Assembly: GCA_023489275.1 (NCBI GenBank)
Contig: JAMDDD010000024.1
Location: 10,788 to 74,787, forward strand
Length of the DNA stretch: 64,000 nt
Direction: 5' to 3'
Origin: Actinomycetota bacterium
Lineage (GTDB): Bacteria > Actinomycetota > Thermoleophilia > BMS3ABIN01
The notes under the pieces are model-generated. The model was not told where the DNA came from. It did not search any database and was given only the letters and a program-made list of their open reading frames with translations. Shown piece after piece: positions 9,098-19,057 of the stretch. Within the stretch, counting starts at the first letter, position 1. Every line of letters starts with the position of its first letter. A program made the translations under genes and the position numbers.

Positions 9098-9715
9098 CTA
9101 GGAGCTTTTGCCTCCACGAAGCTGTTCAAGCAGGCCGAAGGACGCCCGGGCACGGTGACTGATGCGATTTTTTTCATCGGCAGAAAGCTCGGAAACAGTT
9201 AACTCATAACCCTCAGGGATAAAAATCGGGTCGTAGCCAAATCCAAATTCTCCATGGGGCTCGCGGGCGATCCGTCCCTCGAGAATTCCGGTGGAGCGCA
9301 GTTCCTCTCCTCCCGGAGAGACCGCGACTATCTCACAAACAAAGCGCGCCTGGCGATTTGTGTCTTCACCCAGCTCGGCCAAGAGCTTATTGACATTATC
9401 CACATCAGTGGCGTTTTCCCCCGCGTACCGCGCTGAAAATATTCCCGGCGCGCCCGCCAGCGCCGCCACTTCAATGCCGGAGTCGTCCGCCATGACCCAG
9501 GGAATGTGACCATCAAGCACGCTGGCGTGGCTGATGTACTGGTTCCTGACCGCCAGCGCCTTCAGGCGCGCATTTTCATAAAAGCTGCTGCCAGTCTCTT
9601 CGGGCAGGTTAAAGCTCTCCGGCATCGGCTCCACGCGAATACCGGCGAGGAGTGACCCGAACTCGCGGGCTTTATTGGCATTGGCGGAGGCAAGTGTGAT
9701 GAATTTCGGAATCAT
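9098..9715 (-). CDS. rdgB: RdgB/HAM1 non-canonical purine NTP pyrophosphatase
   Basis: ITLASANANKAREF N-terminus and a FGYDPIF motif; lies directly downstream of rph, the classic pairing. Confidence 0.85.
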   Translation of the reverse strand: MIPKFITLASANANKAREFGSLLAGIRVEPMPESFNLPEETGSSFYENARLKALAVRNQYISHASVLDGHIPWVMADDSGIEVAALAGAPGIFSARYAGENATDVDNVNKLLAELGEDTNRQARFVCEIVAVSPGGEELRSTGILEGRIAREPHGEFGFGYDPIFIPEGYELTVSELSADEKNRISHRARASFGLLEQLRGGKSS

Positions 9716-9799
9716 CGATAAAAAAGTTTCAGATTTTCTGGTTTCTGGTTCTTATAATTGGTTTTTAACTCGAAATCAGAAACTCAAAACCAGAAACGT
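9716..9799. repeat. AT-rich imperfect inverted repeat in the rph–rdgB intergenic region
   Basis: TTTCTGGTTTCTGGTT ... AAACTCAAAACCAGAAA arms. Confidence 0.35.
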
Positions 9800-10528
9800 T
9801 CATCTTGAGGCGGTGACTTTGAGTTGCGCGGCCGCTATCTGCTCGATGCCGGCTTGAGCCAGATCGATCAGCCGGTCGAGAGTCTCGCGGGAAAAGGGAA
9901 CCCGCTCCGCGGTCGCCTGCAGCTCTACCAGCTCTCCGGAGCCGGTCATAATGACATTCATGTCAACATCGGCGTTACAGTCCTCGACGTAGCTTAAATC
10001 AAGCATTGGCTCTCCGCCGACAATGCCGACACTGACCGCCGCGACAGAGTCGCGAAGCGGTATCTCCTTGATATAGTCCTGGTCGACCAACCGGGCGAGA
10101 GCCAAATATAAGGCAACATAAGCACCCGATACGGAAGCGCACCGGGTGCCGCCGTCGGCTTGGATGACGTCGCAATCAATCCAGACGGTGCGGTCGCCCA
10201 GAGCTTTCGTGTCGACGATACTTCGCAGGCTGCGGCCGACAAGCCGCTGGATTTCAACCGTGCGGCCTTCCTGCTTGCCGCGGACCGCTTCCCGGACCTT
10301 CCGGTCGTGAGTGGCTGCGGGGAGCATACTGTATTCAGCCGTCACCCAGCCGCCGCGCCCCTGTCCCCGCAGCCATTTGGGCACGCTGTCCTGAACGGTG
10401 GCGTTGACGATCACTTTTGTCTTGCCGGCCTCTATCAGAACGGAGCCGTCGGCCCATTCGATGAAGCCGGGCGTGAATTTTAGCGGCCTGATTTCATCCA
10501 CCGGCCGCTTGTCTATACGTTCCGCCAT
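9800..10528 (-). CDS. rph: Ribonuclease PH
   Basis: The RPLKFTPGFIEWADGSVLIEAGKTKV...GGTRCASVSGAYVAL pattern is typical of RNase PH. Confidence 0.9.
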   Translation of the reverse strand: MAERIDKRPVDEIRPLKFTPGFIEWADGSVLIEAGKTKVIVNATVQDSVPKWLRGQGRGGWVTAEYSMLPAATHDRKVREAVRGKQEGRTVEIQRLVGRSLRSIVDTKALGDRTVWIDCDVIQADGGTRCASVSGAYVALYLALARLVDQDYIKEIPLRDSVAAVSVGIVGGEPMLDLSYVEDCNADVDMNVIMTGSGELVELQATAERVPFSRETLDRLIDLAQAGIEQIAAAQLKVTASR

Positions 10529-10553
10529 CAGCTGGTCCCCCGGGAGACGCTTT

Positions 10554-11357
10554 TCATGCCACTGTCATCCTTTCCAGCTCGGGAATTTCAATCCCCCGGA
10601 CATCATCGAACGGCATTTGCAAAAACCTGGCGCCCACATCGACAAAGGCCTCCACGTTCCCGGTACACAAGAAGGAATAAGCACCCTCACGCCCGGCGGC
10701 GTTGCGGGCGCCCTTGCGTTCAAGCGTCTGCCCTGCCTGACGGGCAATCTCGCGGGCCGGATTTATCAGGGTCACATCCCTGCCAAAAACCCGCTGCAGC
10801 ATCGGTGTTACCAGCGGATAATGGGTGCATCCGAGGATGACGGTGTCGACCTCCGCCTCCTTAAGCGGATTGGCGTATCCTTTTACCGCCGCCACCATCT
10901 CCGGCGAGGAGACATCGCCCGCCTGAATCATGGAAGCCAGCTCGGGACAAGACTGAGCCACAACCTGGAGGCCCGCGTCGAGCTCGAGCAGGGCGCGCTG
11001 GTAGCTGCGGCTCGCGATTGTCGCCTCGGTGGCAAGCACGCCAATTTTTCGGTTTTGCGTCGTCTGCACGGCTGCTTCTGATTCCGGATGAACAGCGCCG
11101 ATAATCGACGCGTCCAGCCGCTCCTGCAGCCATGGCAACGCCGCCGCCGTAGCCGAGTTACAGGCCACGACCAGCAGCTTCACGTCCAGGGAAAGCAAAT
11201 GGCTGGCTATCTGGCCGGCAAAGGCCCTGATGTCGCCGATTGGCCTCGGTCCGTAAGGAAAGCGGCCGGTGTCTCCCAGATAGATGAAATCCTCCTCCGG
11301 CAGCGCCACCAGGCACTCATGAAGAACGGTCAGGCCGCCGACGCCCGAATCGAACAT
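10554..11357 (-). CDS. murI: Glutamate racemase
   Basis: FDSGVGGLTVL N-terminus and a VLGCTHYP motif. Confidence 0.9.
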   Translation of the reverse strand: MFDSGVGGLTVLHECLVALPEEDFIYLGDTGRFPYGPRPIGDIRAFAGQIASHLLSLDVKLLVVACNSATAAALPWLQERLDASIIGAVHPESEAAVQTTQNRKIGVLATEATIASRSYQRALLELDAGLQVVAQSCPELASMIQAGDVSSPEMVAAVKGYANPLKEAEVDTVILGCTHYPLVTPMLQRVFGRDVTLINPAREIARQAGQTLERKGARNAAGREGAYSFLCTGNVEAFVDVGARFLQMPFDDVRGIEIPELERMTVA

Positions 11358-11380
11358 CCCGATTGGCCGCGGGTCCAGGG

Positions 11381-12286
11381 CTACCGCCTCCTCCGGCGCC
11401 GCCGGCGCTTCGCTGGGCTCTTTTCCGCAGCTTCCTGCTCTTTTTCCGGCTGCTCCAAAGCGCGCCGCTCCTCGCGGCGGGCGGCGGTGACGAGAGCTTC
11501 AAGTTCTTCGACGGAAGCCTCGATTTGCTTGCCCTCGCCAATGTCGATCACGAGTTTTTCCCGGGGTACGCAATAATCTACGACCCTTCCCTCACCATGG
11601 ACGGTTTTGACAGCGGTCCCTTTTCGCGGCGCTTTGTCCTTGAACTCCTTGTAGCAGTCATACTCATATTTAAGACAGCACATCAACCTTCCGCAAATAC
11701 CGGAAATCTTCATCGGGTTCAGGGGAAGATTCTGCTCCTTGGCCATCTTGATCGAGACGGGCTGCTGGTCGCCGGCAAACATGGTGCAGCACATCTTCCG
11801 GCCGCAGGGGCCATACCCGCCGATCAGGCGCGCCTCGTCCCTCACCCCTACCTGGCGAAACTCTATCCGGGTGCGAAATTTCTTTGCCAGATCTTCGACC
11901 AGTTTGCGAAAATCGACCCTGTCTTCAGAAAAGAAGGAGAGAATGATCTTGCTCCCATCAAAGACGACCTCAGTATTAATCAGCCTCATGCCGAGGCCGT
12001 ACTCCTTGATCTTCTCTTCGCAAACCTGAGCCGCCCTGGCAGCCAGCTTTTCATTCTTCTCCGCCGTGGACTGATCGGCGGCGCTGGCCACGCGCACGAC
12101 TTTTTCCAGCGGCGTGATCACCTCGGGCTCCGGGACCTCATGGTTGGCAATAACCACTTTGCCCAATTCCATTCCCCGGCTCGTACGCACAATTACTTGA
12201 TCCCCGAGGTCGAGTTTAAGCCCGGCGGGATCGAAAGAATAAACCTTGCCGCCGCTCCGGAACACGATTTCAACCAGCTCCGGCAT
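11381..12286 (-). CDS. ricT: PSP1 domain protein (YaaT/RicT-like)
   Basis: PSP1 C-terminal Cys-rich region (GPCGRKMCCTMFAGDQQPV...CGRLMCCLKYE); sits in the conserved tmk–holB–yaaT order; ends in an unusual poly-Arg tail. Confidence 0.8.
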   Translation of the reverse strand: MPELVEIVFRSGGKVYSFDPAGLKLDLGDQVIVRTSRGMELGKVVIANHEVPEPEVITPLEKVVRVASAADQSTAEKNEKLAARAAQVCEEKIKEYGLGMRLINTEVVFDGSKIILSFFSEDRVDFRKLVEDLAKKFRTRIEFRQVGVRDEARLIGGYGPCGRKMCCTMFAGDQQPVSIKMAKEQNLPLNPMKISGICGRLMCCLKYEYDCYKEFKDKAPRKGTAVKTVHGEGRVVDYCVPREKLVIDIGEGKQIEASVEELEALVTAARREERRALEQPEKEQEAAEKSPAKRRRRRRRR

Positions 12287-13411
12287 TTACAAAACCTCCA
12301 TCAGTTCATAAAACATGGCCTGCAGGGCCAGGCCCAGACCGATATTATAGCCTAGTTTATCCCGGGTCTTTTCGATGACCTCAAGAGCCTGCAGGTAGTT
12401 TTGCAGCCTCGAGGGAAGCGCCTGATCTTCCAGTTCCAGCTCATAATCCTTGTTTAGGATGGCATCCCCGGCCCCGGCAGCGACCGCCATCATATCTCGG
12501 AACCACGACTCCATAAATCCCAGCGCCAGCGCCAGCTCCTGTTTCCGGGCCGCTCCGGCGCGGCGATGAGCATCCTGCTTCAGATGGTTCCGGGCCGCAG
12601 CCGTAAACCCATCCGGTACGGCCGCTGCCTCTGCGCCACTTAAAGCCGCTCCGGCGGTTTCGCCTACCTGAACTGATGCCGACTCGACCTCAGCCGCGAG
12701 CTCCCCGGCGGCGCCCTCCCAGCCGCCCCGCCCCAGCCGGGCGGCGATGGCAAGATATCGCTGGCGGCGGCCGGCCAGGTCCGCGTCGGTACATAAAGAT
12801 TCCGCCAAAGAGAGGTTCCCGCTGCTGATGCGCGCGAAGGTCTCCGCCATGGTGACTGAGAGGCCGTGCCTCCGGATAAGCAAGGAAGTAATGACATCTT
12901 CAGGAACAGGCCCAAAGCGCACCATCTGGCAGCGGGAAACAATCGTGGGCAGGACTCTGCCCAAATGCTCCGCCAGCAGCAGGAAGACAACAAAACCGGG
13001 CGGCTCTTCCAGCGATTTCAGGAAAGCATTGGCGCTCTCGGCGCCGAGAGCTTCGGCGCTGCTGATAATAATTACCCGCGCTGGCGATTCACCCGGCAGC
13101 AGGCGGAGCGTGCGGTTTACCTCCCGCACCTGCTCGATTTTGATCGTGGAGCCGGCCGGCTCCACGATGGTGACATCGGGATGGCTCCCCTTCAGCGCTT
13201 TTTTACAGCTGGGGCAACTGCCGCAGCCGCCATGCTGGCAGCAAAGAGCAGCGGCAAACTCGAGCGAAGCCTGCCGCTTTCCGGTGCCGGCGGGCCCGGC
13301 GAACAGGTAGCTGTGGCTGGAAGATCCCGAACGGAGCGCCGCGCTCAGCAGGCGCGAGGCGTGCGGCTGTCCGGCAATGTCGATTTGATATTTTTCTTTG
13401 ATATTTGTCAA
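12287..13411 (-). CDS. holB: DNA polymerase III delta-prime subunit
   Basis: AAA+ Walker A (GPAGTGKRQ) and a zinc module (CCQHGGCGSCPSC). Confidence 0.8.
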   Translation of the reverse strand: MTNIKEKYQIDIAGQPHASRLLSAALRSGSSSHSYLFAGPAGTGKRQASLEFAAALCCQHGGCGSCPSCKKALKGSHPDVTIVEPAGSTIKIEQVREVNRTLRLLPGESPARVIIISSAEALGAESANAFLKSLEEPPGFVVFLLLAEHLGRVLPTIVSRCQMVRFGPVPEDVITSLLIRRHGLSVTMAETFARISSGNLSLAESLCTDADLAGRRQRYLAIAARLGRGGWEGAAGELAAEVESASVQVGETAGAALSGAEAAAVPDGFTAAARNHLKQDAHRRAGAARKQELALALGFMESWFRDMMAVAAGAGDAILNKDYELELEDQALPSRLQNYLQALEVIEKTRDKLGYNIGLGLALQAMFYELMEVL

Positions 13412-13594
13412 TTTTATGACAATAATTTTCCCGGATCATGGAGAAGTTTTTTCAGATAACCCTGGAGAGATCCCATGCTAGGCATCGGAAAAAAGAACTG
13501 CCAATTACAGGATACCACTGCTGCCTGCGGCTGTGGCGAAAAGAAGTTGGCAAGCACAGCCCGATGGAAAGGAGATGCCGGAATGAAACGGGTG

Positions 13595-14221
13595 TTACAG
13601 CTCGATCCCCAACCGCTCGCGGCACTGGCTGACGACTTCGGCGTGGACCTCCTCGACCGTCTGCGCCGCATTGATTCCGGCAATCCGGGCCGGATACATT
13701 TCTTCCAGGCGGTGGTAGCCTTCCTCAACCATCCGGTGAAATTCGATCGGCTCGCTCTCAATGCGGTCCTGGCCGGTTTCCCTGCCTTCCAGCCGCGCGC
13801 GGGAAGCTTCGGCACCGAGATGAAAAACAAGCGTCAGGTCCGGCATCAGCCCGCCGGTGGCGCCCATATTCAGTTCCATAATCCTTTCAATTCCCAGACC
13901 GCGCGCGATGCCCTGGTAGACGAGCGAGGAGTCGATGAACCGGTCTGAGAGCACGATCTTGCCTGACATCAGCGCCGGTTTAATCACATCCTTGACCAGC
14001 TGCGCCCGCGCGGCCGCATAAAGCAAAGCCTCTGCCCAGGGATCCATCACCTGATGCTCAGGTCCAAGCAGCAGCCCGCGGATGGCTTCGCCCAAGGGGG
14101 TGCCCCCCGGCTCACGGACGCTTAAGACGGAAAGGCCGGCGGCCTCCATGCCGGCTGCAAGCAGCTCAAGTTGCGTCGATTTCCCGCTTTGATCTATGCC
14201 CTCAAAAGTGATAAAGAACAT
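13595..14221 (-). CDS. tmk: Thymidylate kinase
   Basis: FITFEGIDQSGKSTQ P-loop and an LSDRFIDSSLVYQG motif. Confidence 0.9.
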   Translation of the reverse strand: MFFITFEGIDQSGKSTQLELLAAGMEAAGLSVLSVREPGGTPLGEAIRGLLLGPEHQVMDPWAEALLYAAARAQLVKDVIKPALMSGKIVLSDRFIDSSLVYQGIARGLGIERIMELNMGATGGLMPDLTLVFHLGAEASRARLEGRETGQDRIESEPIEFHRMVEEGYHRLEEMYPARIAGINAAQTVEEVHAEVVSQCRERLGIEL

Positions 14222-14236
14222 CTGCTTGGAAGGTGG

Positions 14237-16300
14237 CTATGAAGCCTGTCTCTTTTTTGCCAGCCGCGCCTTGTATTCTTCCTTGGTCGGGCAATCCGGA
14301 TCAACGCATAGCTCCCACGGCCGGCGGCCGCGCGTGAGGATCTTTATTTTTGGAGAGCCGCATTCAGGGCAGGTTTTAAACGTCGGCATAATGTTTCCTC
14401 GCTGCGGCAGTGGATATGTTGTTGAGCATTCCGGGTATCCCTCGCAGCCAACAAACCGTTTCTTGGTTTTCTTGGAGCGGATCACCCGCAGCTGCTTGCC
14501 GCAGTTGGGACACTCGCCAATCAGCTTGTCTTCCTGGATTCCCTTGACAATTTCACCGGCCAGAGCTTCCTTGTTTTTCTCCATCATCTCGTATGCCTGA
14601 TGCAGCAGCGAGCGAGACCGGTTCACTACATCGTTCTTGCTGACCTTCTCGTCGGCGATATCACTCATTTCTTTCTCAAGCTCTGCGGTCATTTCGGGCC
14701 TGGTAATCAAGTTCGCGTACGTGTCCAGGGCTTTCACCATCGAGATGCCGGTTTCCGTCGGCTCGGCCGGCGTGTTGCGAATGTAGCCCCGGTCGTAAAG
14801 GGTCTGCAGGATGCTGTGGCGGGTAGCCTTCGTTCCCAAACCATTTTGCTCCATCAGCTCGATCAGCCGGCCCTGGCCGTAACGACCCGGAGGCTGCGTC
14901 TCCTTTTCTTCCTGAAAAATTCTGACAACATCGACTTGTTGACCTTCATCCAGTTTTGGTATCTCATCATCCTTGCTGCGCGAATAAGGATAATACGCCA
15001 GCCAGCCCTCCTCCACTATGCGCGAGCCGGATAGCATGAATGGCTCTTCGCCGATGGACAGGTCAATCCGGTTGCTTTCCGACACCGCCTCGTTGCCAAG
15101 GGTGGCCAGAAACCGCCTGGCCACCAGCATCCAGATTTTCCACTGAGCGTCGTCGATGTCCCCCGCCCGGGGCACGCCCACAGGGTAGATTGGCGGATGA
15201 TCGGTAGTTTCTTTCTTGCCCCGCGTCGGCTTCAGTTCCGGCTGCGCCAGCAGGGCCGCGGCGTGCCCTTTCAGCTCTTTGCTGCCGGTCAGAGCACTCA
15301 AGATCTCCTTGAGATCGAGCGATTTGGGATAAACCGTGTTGTCGGTGCGGGGGTAACTGATGAACCCGCCCAGATAAAGATCCTCGGCCAGCCGGATGGC
15401 ACGGGCGGCGGAAAAGCCCAGCGCCGTGGCGGCCTTTGTATAAGCGGTCGTGTTAAACGGCGCCGGGGCCGGCAGTTTTTTCCGGGTCGTCCTGACGCCG
15501 GTGACCGAGCCCGAACCGGCGGCGCTTGCCCGCTCGTACGCCGCTGCCGCTGCCTCTTTTTCCTTAAACCGCTCTGTCTTGTGCCTGGCGGTAAATGGTC
15601 CTGCGGCCGAATTAAGATCGGCAAAGATCTGCCAGTACATCTCCGGAACAAAGGCGCGCCGCTCCAGCTCGCGCTCGACGATCAGCTTCAGCGTCGGGCT
15701 CTGCACCCGTCCCACTGACAGGAACTGGTTTCCCAGCCTTGACGTCGCCAGAGAGATATAGCGGGTTAAGGTGGCGCCCCAGATCAGATCAATATCCTGG
15801 CGCGCTTCGCCCGCCTTTGCCAGCGGTACCGAAAGGTCCACCATATTGCCAAACGCGTCCCGGATTTCCTCTGCCGTCAGCGCCGAATAGCGCGCCCGGC
15901 GGACATCTGATTCCAGACCGGGATTGGCCTCCAGCGCCTGGCCGAGAGCTTCCAGGCCAATCAACTCCCCCTCGCGGTCATAGTCGGTGGCGATTATGAT
16001 CCGATCCGCCTGTTTCGCCATCTTCTTCAGCGCATTGACAACGGATTTCGCTGACGGGGTCTTGATCAGGTCGGCGTCGATCAGCTCCCTGGGCTCGACC
16101 TTGCGCCAGTCGGAATACTCCGGCGGATATTCCAGCTGGAGAATGTGCCCCTTAAGGCCGATGCAGGCAAACTCCCCCCCGTCGCTGGCAAACATGTAAA
16201 CTGGAATCCGGTAGTAGGACTCCGCCTTTACCTTGCCGGACCCCAGGATGTCGGCAATCTTCTTGGCCGCGGTATTCTTCTCTGTCACTATCAGCTTCAT
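14237..16300 (-). CDS. Type IA DNA topoisomerase (topo I/III-like) with C-terminal zinc ribbons
   Basis: Toprim N-terminus (LIVTEKNTAAKKIADIL...DYDREGE), topoisomerase IA core, and C-terminal CPNCG...CEGYPEC and CPECG...CVDPDCP zinc fingers. Confidence 0.75.
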   Translation of the reverse strand: MKLIVTEKNTAAKKIADILGSGKVKAESYYRIPVYMFASDGGEFACIGLKGHILQLEYPPEYSDWRKVEPRELIDADLIKTPSAKSVVNALKKMAKQADRIIIATDYDREGELIGLEALGQALEANPGLESDVRRARYSALTAEEIRDAFGNMVDLSVPLAKAGEARQDIDLIWGATLTRYISLATSRLGNQFLSVGRVQSPTLKLIVERELERRAFVPEMYWQIFADLNSAAGPFTARHKTERFKEKEAAAAAYERASAAGSGSVTGVRTTRKKLPAPAPFNTTAYTKAATALGFSAARAIRLAEDLYLGGFISYPRTDNTVYPKSLDLKEILSALTGSKELKGHAAALLAQPELKPTRGKKETTDHPPIYPVGVPRAGDIDDAQWKIWMLVARRFLATLGNEAVSESNRIDLSIGEEPFMLSGSRIVEEGWLAYYPYSRSKDDEIPKLDEGQQVDVVRIFQEEKETQPPGRYGQGRLIELMEQNGLGTKATRHSILQTLYDRGYIRNTPAEPTETGISMVKALDTYANLITRPEMTAELEKEMSDIADEKVSKNDVVNRSRSLLHQAYEMMEKNKEALAGEIVKGIQEDKLIGECPNCGKQLRVIRSKKTKKRFVGCEGYPECSTTYPLPQRGNIMPTFKTCPECGSPKIKILTRGRRPWELCVDPDCPTKEEYKARLAKKRQAS

Positions 16301-16606
16301 TTACTGCGCTCGTTATAAAAGGGCTCTTCTTTCTTGGACTTGCTTTAACCAGAGGCGAATTCTTCTTCATTAGCCGCATTTGCCATGTTTTTAAACATGG
16401 ATTCTTTCGTCATTAATCCCAAAAGCTTGATAGCTGCTTGAGTTCTTCCGGTTATTGCGCCCTTAAGCTCAAATACAAGTAAGCTTTATAGCATAAAAAC
16501 CGGTAGTAAGAAATGCGGGGGTTTTCAGGACCGGTGTTAAGGGCGCCAAATCCTGAATTCCGGGGCGAGACAATCGGGAGCGTGGCCCGCCCCTGAAAGA
16601 AATCCG

Positions 16607-17248
16607 TTAATGACCGGTCGTCGGCGTTGCCGCTGGAACAGTAGTTGACGGTGCGGTCGCCGGATGGGACAGCGTATCAATCTCCGCTTTGATATCGGAT
16701 GCGTAGGGGCTGTTCGGTGTCAGCTGCAGATATCTGTTCCAGGCGTTGATGGCAACCTGGTTCTGCTGCCCCTTGGCAACATCCCCCAGCTCGAGAAAAG
16801 CCTGGGCATCGGTGGGATCCACGGTAGTTGCCTCGGTGTCGATCTTGATCGCTGAGGCGGTGTCGTTCATTTTTACATAAGTCTGGCCCATATCCAGCCT
16901 GACCTCGATGCTTTGCGGGCTTTTGGGATCGATGGCGAGATATTTTTGGTACCAGGTGATCGCGTCTTTGTACCGCTTCACATTATCACCGGCGTAAAGA
17001 CTTGCCAGTTGCAACATCGAATCCGTGTCGTTCGGATTTTTCTTGATCTGTCCCTTGAGGTAGCTCTCCCGATCCGCAAATGAGCTGTTGGCGCTCAACC
17101 CGGACGAGGAACTCTGGGCGCAGCCGGCAAAAACGTTTCCCGTTTTCGATCCCACACCGAGTACGACGCCGCTAAGGGCAAAGATGGCCGCGAGAACGAT
17201 CGCGAACCATTTGGCGATGCGATTTATTTTTTTACGAGCAAGAAGCAT
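16607..17248 (-). CDS. Membrane-anchored TPR-repeat protein
   Basis: N-terminal TM helix followed by TPR-like repeats (AITWYQKYLAIDPKSPQ...). Confidence 0.55.
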   Translation of the reverse strand: MLLARKKINRIAKWFAIVLAAIFALSGVVLGVGSKTGNVFAGCAQSSSSGLSANSSFADRESYLKGQIKKNPNDTDSMLQLASLYAGDNVKRYKDAITWYQKYLAIDPKSPQSIEVRLDMGQTYVKMNDTASAIKIDTEATTVDPTDAQAFLELGDVAKGQQNQVAINAWNRYLQLTPNSPYASDIKAEIDTLSHPATAPSTTVPAATPTTGH

Positions 17249-17385
17249 TAAAACAAGGCAAATAGATCAAGAAATCAATCCTCTGTCATTATAACCGAAT
17301 CAGGGGCCGGTTGCCGATCGCGAAAGTTTTCCTCCGGCGAAAAGCAGGCAATTTTTCTTCGCGCGCCGGGGCCGGATCTGAAGCG

Positions 17386-18765
17386 TCATAAATGAGCCGG
17401 GATGAGCTTTTGCCTCGCTGCTTTTGCCGCTGCCGATGTCTTTTCTTCGTCGACTGTGAGCAGCACCTTTTTGTCATAAATAGTCCGGCCGGCAACCATG
17501 ACAAAAAAAACATCTTCCCGGCTGCCGCCCAAAACCAGCGCCGAATACGGATCTTCAATCGGCATGAAATGATTGTGCTCCATATCAACCGCGATCATGT
17601 CCGCCTGCTTCCCCGGCTCCAGCGAGCCGGTGCGTCCATCCAGGCCCAAAACCCGGGCCCCGCCGAGAGTCGCCATCCTGACGCAGTCAGATGCATCCAG
17701 AGCCTCCGCGTCTCTTCGGACTCCGCGGTGCAGGAAGACAGCGGTTCTCATTTCACTAAACATATCCATCATGTTGCTGCTTGCCGGGCTGTCAGTGCCG
17801 AAGCCAACCCTGATTCCCGCAGCCAGGAAAGAAGGCAGCGGGGCGATGCCGCAGCCCAGCTTGGCGTTGCTCTTCGGGCAATGGGCAATGGCGACGCCGC
17901 TCCCGGCCAGGATCGCCACGTCCTGATCGGTAACGTTCACGCAGTGAACGGCGATGAAGTCAGGACCGTAGACATCCCATTGTTGCAGGTACTTTACCGG
18001 GGTGACTCCAAACGCTTCCCGCGTCATTTTTTCCCAACCAACCTTTTCCCTGAGATCAAGCGCAAGCACGCCGGAGCCGGACCGGATGTATGCCGATTCC
18101 TCACTACTTTCAGCAAGGTGAGTGGCAAATCTTTTCCCTCTTTCCCGTGCCAGCCGTGCGACCGCGCGGTACATGGCGGCGCTGACCGTATATGTCGCAT
18201 GGGGGAAAAGGCCAATCTCGACCAGGTCGTTCTGGCTCTCTTCCAGCTCATCCAGCCGGGCGGAAAGCCCGGCCATCGTGGCGGCGAGTTTGCCGTCATC
18301 GATGCCGAACGCCTCCTGAAAAACAATTGCCCTGAGACCGGCAGCGTTGACCGCGTCCAGGCTGGCGCCCGCGTACATGGAGTCGGCGACGGTCGTAAAC
18401 CCCGACGAGACGCACTCGGCGGCGCCCAGACGGGCGCTGGCCAGATAATCTTCTTGTGACAAAATCGAGCGAATATCAAGAAAATTCAACAGCCAGTCGC
18501 CGAAATTCATATTATCCAGCAGGCCGCGAAAAACTGAATATTCAAGATGGCTGTGGCAATTGACAAAACCAGGCAGAAGAATTGCGTGATGCAGGTTGAC
18601 GACTTTCGATCCGGGATTTGCTTCCATAATCACCGCGGCCGGCCCCACATCAATGATAGACGACCCCTTGACAGCGACAGCGCCTTCGTAAACAGGATCT
18701 GCCGATACGGGCAGAACCCATTTTGCCCGGAATATACTGATCGACTCATCGCTTCTATTTTGCAT
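17386..18765 (-). CDS. Amidohydrolase, MTA/SAH deaminase family (MtaD/TRZ-ATZ-like)
   Basis: Metal-binding motifs HxH (VNCHSHLEYS), HCV and GTDSPASSN are present. Confidence 0.8.
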   Translation of the reverse strand: MQNRSDESISIFRAKWVLPVSADPVYEGAVAVKGSSIIDVGPAAVIMEANPGSKVVNLHHAILLPGFVNCHSHLEYSVFRGLLDNMNFGDWLLNFLDIRSILSQEDYLASARLGAAECVSSGFTTVADSMYAGASLDAVNAAGLRAIVFQEAFGIDDGKLAATMAGLSARLDELEESQNDLVEIGLFPHATYTVSAAMYRAVARLARERGKRFATHLAESSEESAYIRSGSGVLALDLREKVGWEKMTREAFGVTPVKYLQQWDVYGPDFIAVHCVNVTDQDVAILAGSGVAIAHCPKSNAKLGCGIAPLPSFLAAGIRVGFGTDSPASSNMMDMFSEMRTAVFLHRGVRRDAEALDASDCVRMATLGGARVLGLDGRTGSLEPGKQADMIAVDMEHNHFMPIEDPYSALVLGGSREDVFFVMVAGRTIYDKKVLLTVDEEKTSAAAKAARQKLIPAHL

Positions 18766-19057
18766 CAGGCGCGCCTTTTAAAAAGCCAGCTCTCCGATCC
18801 CTGACGGAGACAGCCGGGTGTTGACCTCTGCCCGGCCGGGTAAATATATGTGCCGGCCCCGGCAGTCAGCTTCGCTCTTCGGACAGGAAGGAAAGATTTC
18901 TTGAGCATTATTTCCTCTTTCTATAGGATATGGCGGAAAATATTTCCTTCCCGCATTTCCGGTTTTGGCTTGTGTCCGCGATCGGCCCCGGCCTGCAGAT
19001 TATCTTCCAGTACTGGCAGGACCGGGAACGGCAGAGCTGCCTGTAGAAACCTCTTTA

